Positions 61,295 through 64,000 of a DNA stretch of 64,000 bases are shown piece after piece. Both the position numbers and the translations under genes were made by a program. The notes beneath the pieces are model-generated. The model was given only the letters and a program-made list of their open reading frames with translations, did no database searches and had not been told where the DNA came from. Origin of the DNA: Asterionella formosa (taxonomy: Eukaryota); contig NKIB01012542.1 of assembly GCA_002256025.1 (NCBI GenBank), positions 1-64,000 on the forward strand. Direction: 5' to 3'. Position 1 is the stretch's first letter. Every line of letters begins with the position of its first letter.

Positions 61295-64000
61295 ATGAGA
61301 ATAACAATATCCACTCTCGGAATCTTGTTTTCCGCTCCCTTTTCCGCTTGGGCCAATCCATCGTCTAAACCGTACGTGCCCTTCCGCACAGACCCCTTTG
61401 ACCAGCCTGATACAAACCACAAGCTCCTCTTGCCGCCTGATCTGCGTGTTTCCACAACCACCCGCTATGACGCTCACGCGACGTCCCACAAGCAGTGCCC
61501 CCTCCAATTCTCCCTGGGCATTTCTCGCCGTGCCCACGTCCCTCCGAACGCTAATAACAAGCGGATTGTACAGCCACCCACGATTTATCCTGTGCACCCT
61601 TCTTATGGATCTGGCAGGCAAGTCATTCATACGACACAATATGAGCATCTCGACATGCTCAGTCCACAGCAACTGTTTGATGCGTCCAGCATCATCAAGG
61701 AAGGCTTGCAGCAGCAGCCGGATTTTCCGCTCTTGATGGAGTCGTCGAGCTTCATTGGAGCGCCCTTAGTATATGATGTCAATGGGGATGGCATTCCAGA
61801 TGCGGTCATGGCCGACTACGATGGAGGCATTTATTTCATTGGGCTGAAGGTTGACAAGAAGCATCAGCGCTTCTTTCACAAGGCGCAGATTCCACGACTG
61901 CACATCCGCAAGGCATGGGTAGAATCAAGATTGAACGAGACAATTCCAAAAGAAGAAACGAACGATACGGAGACTAACACAAGGATGGTGGATCCCTATC
62001 ATTCATATTTTGAATATGGATCCAAGGAGGCGAAGGATGATATCTTGCGAGGCGTCACGGCCAATTTGATGGGACAGGATACAAAGGACTTGAAGGGACT
62101 GGAAGAACGGCGACAACGCAAGGTTAATCAAGATAGAATCGAGGAGCCTAAAGTCTTTGAATTAACTCAACAAATGAATGAAACTCACGAGCACATTGAA
62201 ATGAATCATCGTCGGCTGCAGGAAGTGACACAAGAAGTTGTAAAGGACGATGCTCATGAAGGTGCAAATGGAGCTCCTAGCGAACATGTCAACAAAGAAG
62301 TAAAGGAAGCTTTAAAGGAAAACTATCTGGAAGATACCAACAAAACATCACAGGACGCGGTCAAAGAAAATGCTAAGGAAAATAGTGTCAACGAAACCCA
62401 GAAAGAAATCATCAAGGAAGGAGCGCAAGTTGTTACGCGAGGCGTTGAAGAGGAAGGGCATCACCATATTATAAACGAATTTAAGCCGGAAGAAGTTGGG
62501 CAAGCAATTAACGAAGCGGTCGAGCACTTCAAGGCAGACAACCCCGATTTCCATGATGACATTCCTATAGAAGACAGCGAGAATGCAGAATGGGAAGCTG
62601 CAAGAGCAGGCGAAGGGGTTGGCTGGGGTGATGACTATAGCGGAGATGAGCATGATAGGGACTTGGGAGATCGAGACTCCGGGGATGGCAACTCGGAAGC
62701 AGGTGATTTTCATTTTGTGGAGTCGTATGAAGCTGGCGAAAAGGAGAAGGGCGGTGAACACGAGTTAGAGAAAAATGAAGAAAACATCGATATTCCCAAG
62801 AGCTATTACGACGACTATAGGATTCACGGATATGATGATTACTCCGGCGGAAGATATGGGGCTTATCATGAAGACATATATGATGCCAAACATTACATTC
62901 GACTGCCTCCACATGTGCTTTCGACGCCTGTCTTGGCCGAAGTACCGAAGGCATATTCCAATGACAAGAATGAAATGGAGGAAATGTTGTTCATCGCTGT
63001 GAGCTATTACTTAGATGAGGATGAGTACGAAGGACTCTTTTCCTACAAGCGTTTCGAAGCGACGGACAAGGGTGATGAGACGGAGGTAAACCGAGGAATG
63101 CACGTTGCCAGTGCCCTCGTCGTTTATAATTTTGAGGGCACAAGTGCTAGATTTGGACGAGAACAGCACCTGGACCTAAGTGGCGATGCGACAGCTCCAC
63201 AAAATCACACCATGGTTGGTCAGATTCCCATTCGAGTTGACGAGACGAAGCTTGGCGCCTTCGCTCTTGGTAGTCCAACTATTGCGGATATTGACGGAAA
63301 TGGTGACGATGATGTCATCATAGGGACAAGTATGGGAATGATTTATTGTTTCAATGCCCGACACTTCTACAATTCAGATGGGTGGCCGATTCAGGTCGAA
63401 CATTCTGTAGAGTCACGTATTTTGGTGGAAGACACCATGGGAAATACCAACTTGGAGGTATATGTTAATGACGTTGGAGGCAACATTTACTGTTTTAGCG
63501 ACAAGGGTGAAGTACTTTGGCGAAGAAATCTGTTGCAATCCGTAACAGATGGTGCGGAACTCAGAGGTTCAAGTGCAATGACGATGGGCGATGTTGATGG
63601 TGACGGAAAGCTGGATATTGTGATGGCAGTGAAAACTTTGAATCCTCGTGGTGAATGGAGTACATACATTATTGCAGTTTCGGCCATTACAGGAGACGAT
63701 CTTGATGCATTTCCAATAGAATTTGATTCGCCGTTGCCACTAGACGACGGGATGGGGGACGCATTGCTTCATCAGACGTTGCCGCAACCTCTCCTTGTGG
63801 ATTTGCACGCCGATCAAAGTCATTGGAAAGCTTACCTCTACCGTAATGGTACCACATGGCAACATCCAAAGAAGGAGAACAAGAAAGAAATGGGAACTCC
63901 GCATGGGGGGAGCGCTTCAGGTTTACATATTGTTCAGCCTGTCGGCTCAAATCTATTCATAGTTGAAGCTGGTTCGGGCTGTATCCAATCGGTAGCCATT
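61295..64000 (+). CDS. DEX1-like secreted/membrane FG-GAP repeat protein (3' end outside window)
   Basis: Absent from the ORF track, apparently because no stop is reached. Signal peptide MRITISTLGILFSAPFSAWA; motifs APLVYDVNGDG, HVLSTPVLA, IAVSYYLDEDEY, VASALVVYNF and SPTIADIDGNGDDDVIIGTSMG parallel plant DEX1. Frame was spot-checked, not verified codon by codon. Confidence 0.85.
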   Translation, partial: MRITISTLGILFSAPFSAWANPSSKPYVPFRTDPFDQPDTNHKLLLPPDLRVSTTTRYDAHATSHKQCPLQFSLGISRRAHVPPNANNKRIVQPPTIYPVHPSYGSGRQVIHTTQYEHLDMLSPQQLFDASSIIKEGLQQQPDFPLLMESSSFIGAPLVYDVNGDGIPDAVMADYDGGIYFIGLKVDKKHQRFFHKAQIPRLHIRKAWVESRLNETIPKEETNDTETNTRMVDPYHSYFEYGSKEAKDDILRGVTANLMGQDTKDLKGLEERRQRKVNQDRIEEPKVFELTQQMNETHEHIEMNHRRLQEVTQEVVKDDAHEGANGAPSEHVNKEVKEALKENYLEDTNKTSQDAVKENAKENSVNETQKEIIKEGAQVVTRGVEEEGHHHIINEFKPEEVGQAINEAVEHFKADNPDFHDDIPIEDSENAEWEAARAGEGVGWGDDYSGDEHDRDLGDRDSGDGNSEAGDFHFVESYEAGEKEKGGEHELEKNEENIDIPKSYYDDYRIHGYDDYSGGRYGAYHEDIYDAKHYIRLPPHVLSTPVLAEVPKAYSNDKNEMEEMLFIAVSYYLDEDEYEGLFSYKRFEATDKGDETEVNRGMHVASALVVYNFEGTSARFGREQHLDLSGDATAPQNHTMVGQIPIRVDETKLGAFALGSPTIADIDGNGDDDVIIGTSMGMIYCFNARHFYNSDGWPIQVEHSVESRILVEDTMGNTNLEVYVNDVGGNIYCFSDKGEVLWRRNLLQSVTDGAELRGSSAMTMGDVDGDGKLDIVMAVKTLNPRGEWSTYIIAVSAITGDDLDAFPIEFDSPLPLDDGMGDALLHQTLPQPLLVDLHADQSHWKAYLYRNGTTWQHPKKENKKEMGTPHGGSASGLHIVQPVGSNLFIVEAGSGCIQSVAI

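Overview
Eukaryotic nuclear DNA, most likely from a diatom. This is inferred from bipartite signal peptide + Phe plastid presequences (DnaJ ASAFAP), short GT-AG introns and diatom-type Ty1/copia remnants. About 18 protein-coding genes are present: a plastid membrane protein, an ankyrin protein, a CTL/SLC44 transporter, TFB5, a THUMP methyltransferase, a GCFC protein, a plastid methyltransferase, a signal-peptide-bearing mitochondrial-carrier-family protein, an SGNH hydrolase, an O-fucosyltransferase, CDC48, SSADH, a GH38 alpha-mannosidase, a Cys-rich protein, plastid DnaJ, QDPR, a 950-aa unknown protein and a DEX1-like FG-GAP protein that runs off the window. The genes alternate with decayed transposons (copia, PIF/Harbinger, a probable Ginger2/KRBA2-like remnant, a Pack-type TIR element carrying an LRR pseudogene) and several non-autonomous TIR families. 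The most striking unexplained structure is the set of degenerate TA-CC(N0-2)GG-TA ('GGTACC') arrays. They sit upstream of almost every gene and at the junctions of four different TA-flanked TIR families whose ends read CC...GG, which suggests self-regenerating transposon landing pads or footprint arrays in promoters. No rRNA, tRNA or CRISPR array was seen. Coordinates were read by eye and may be off by a few bases.
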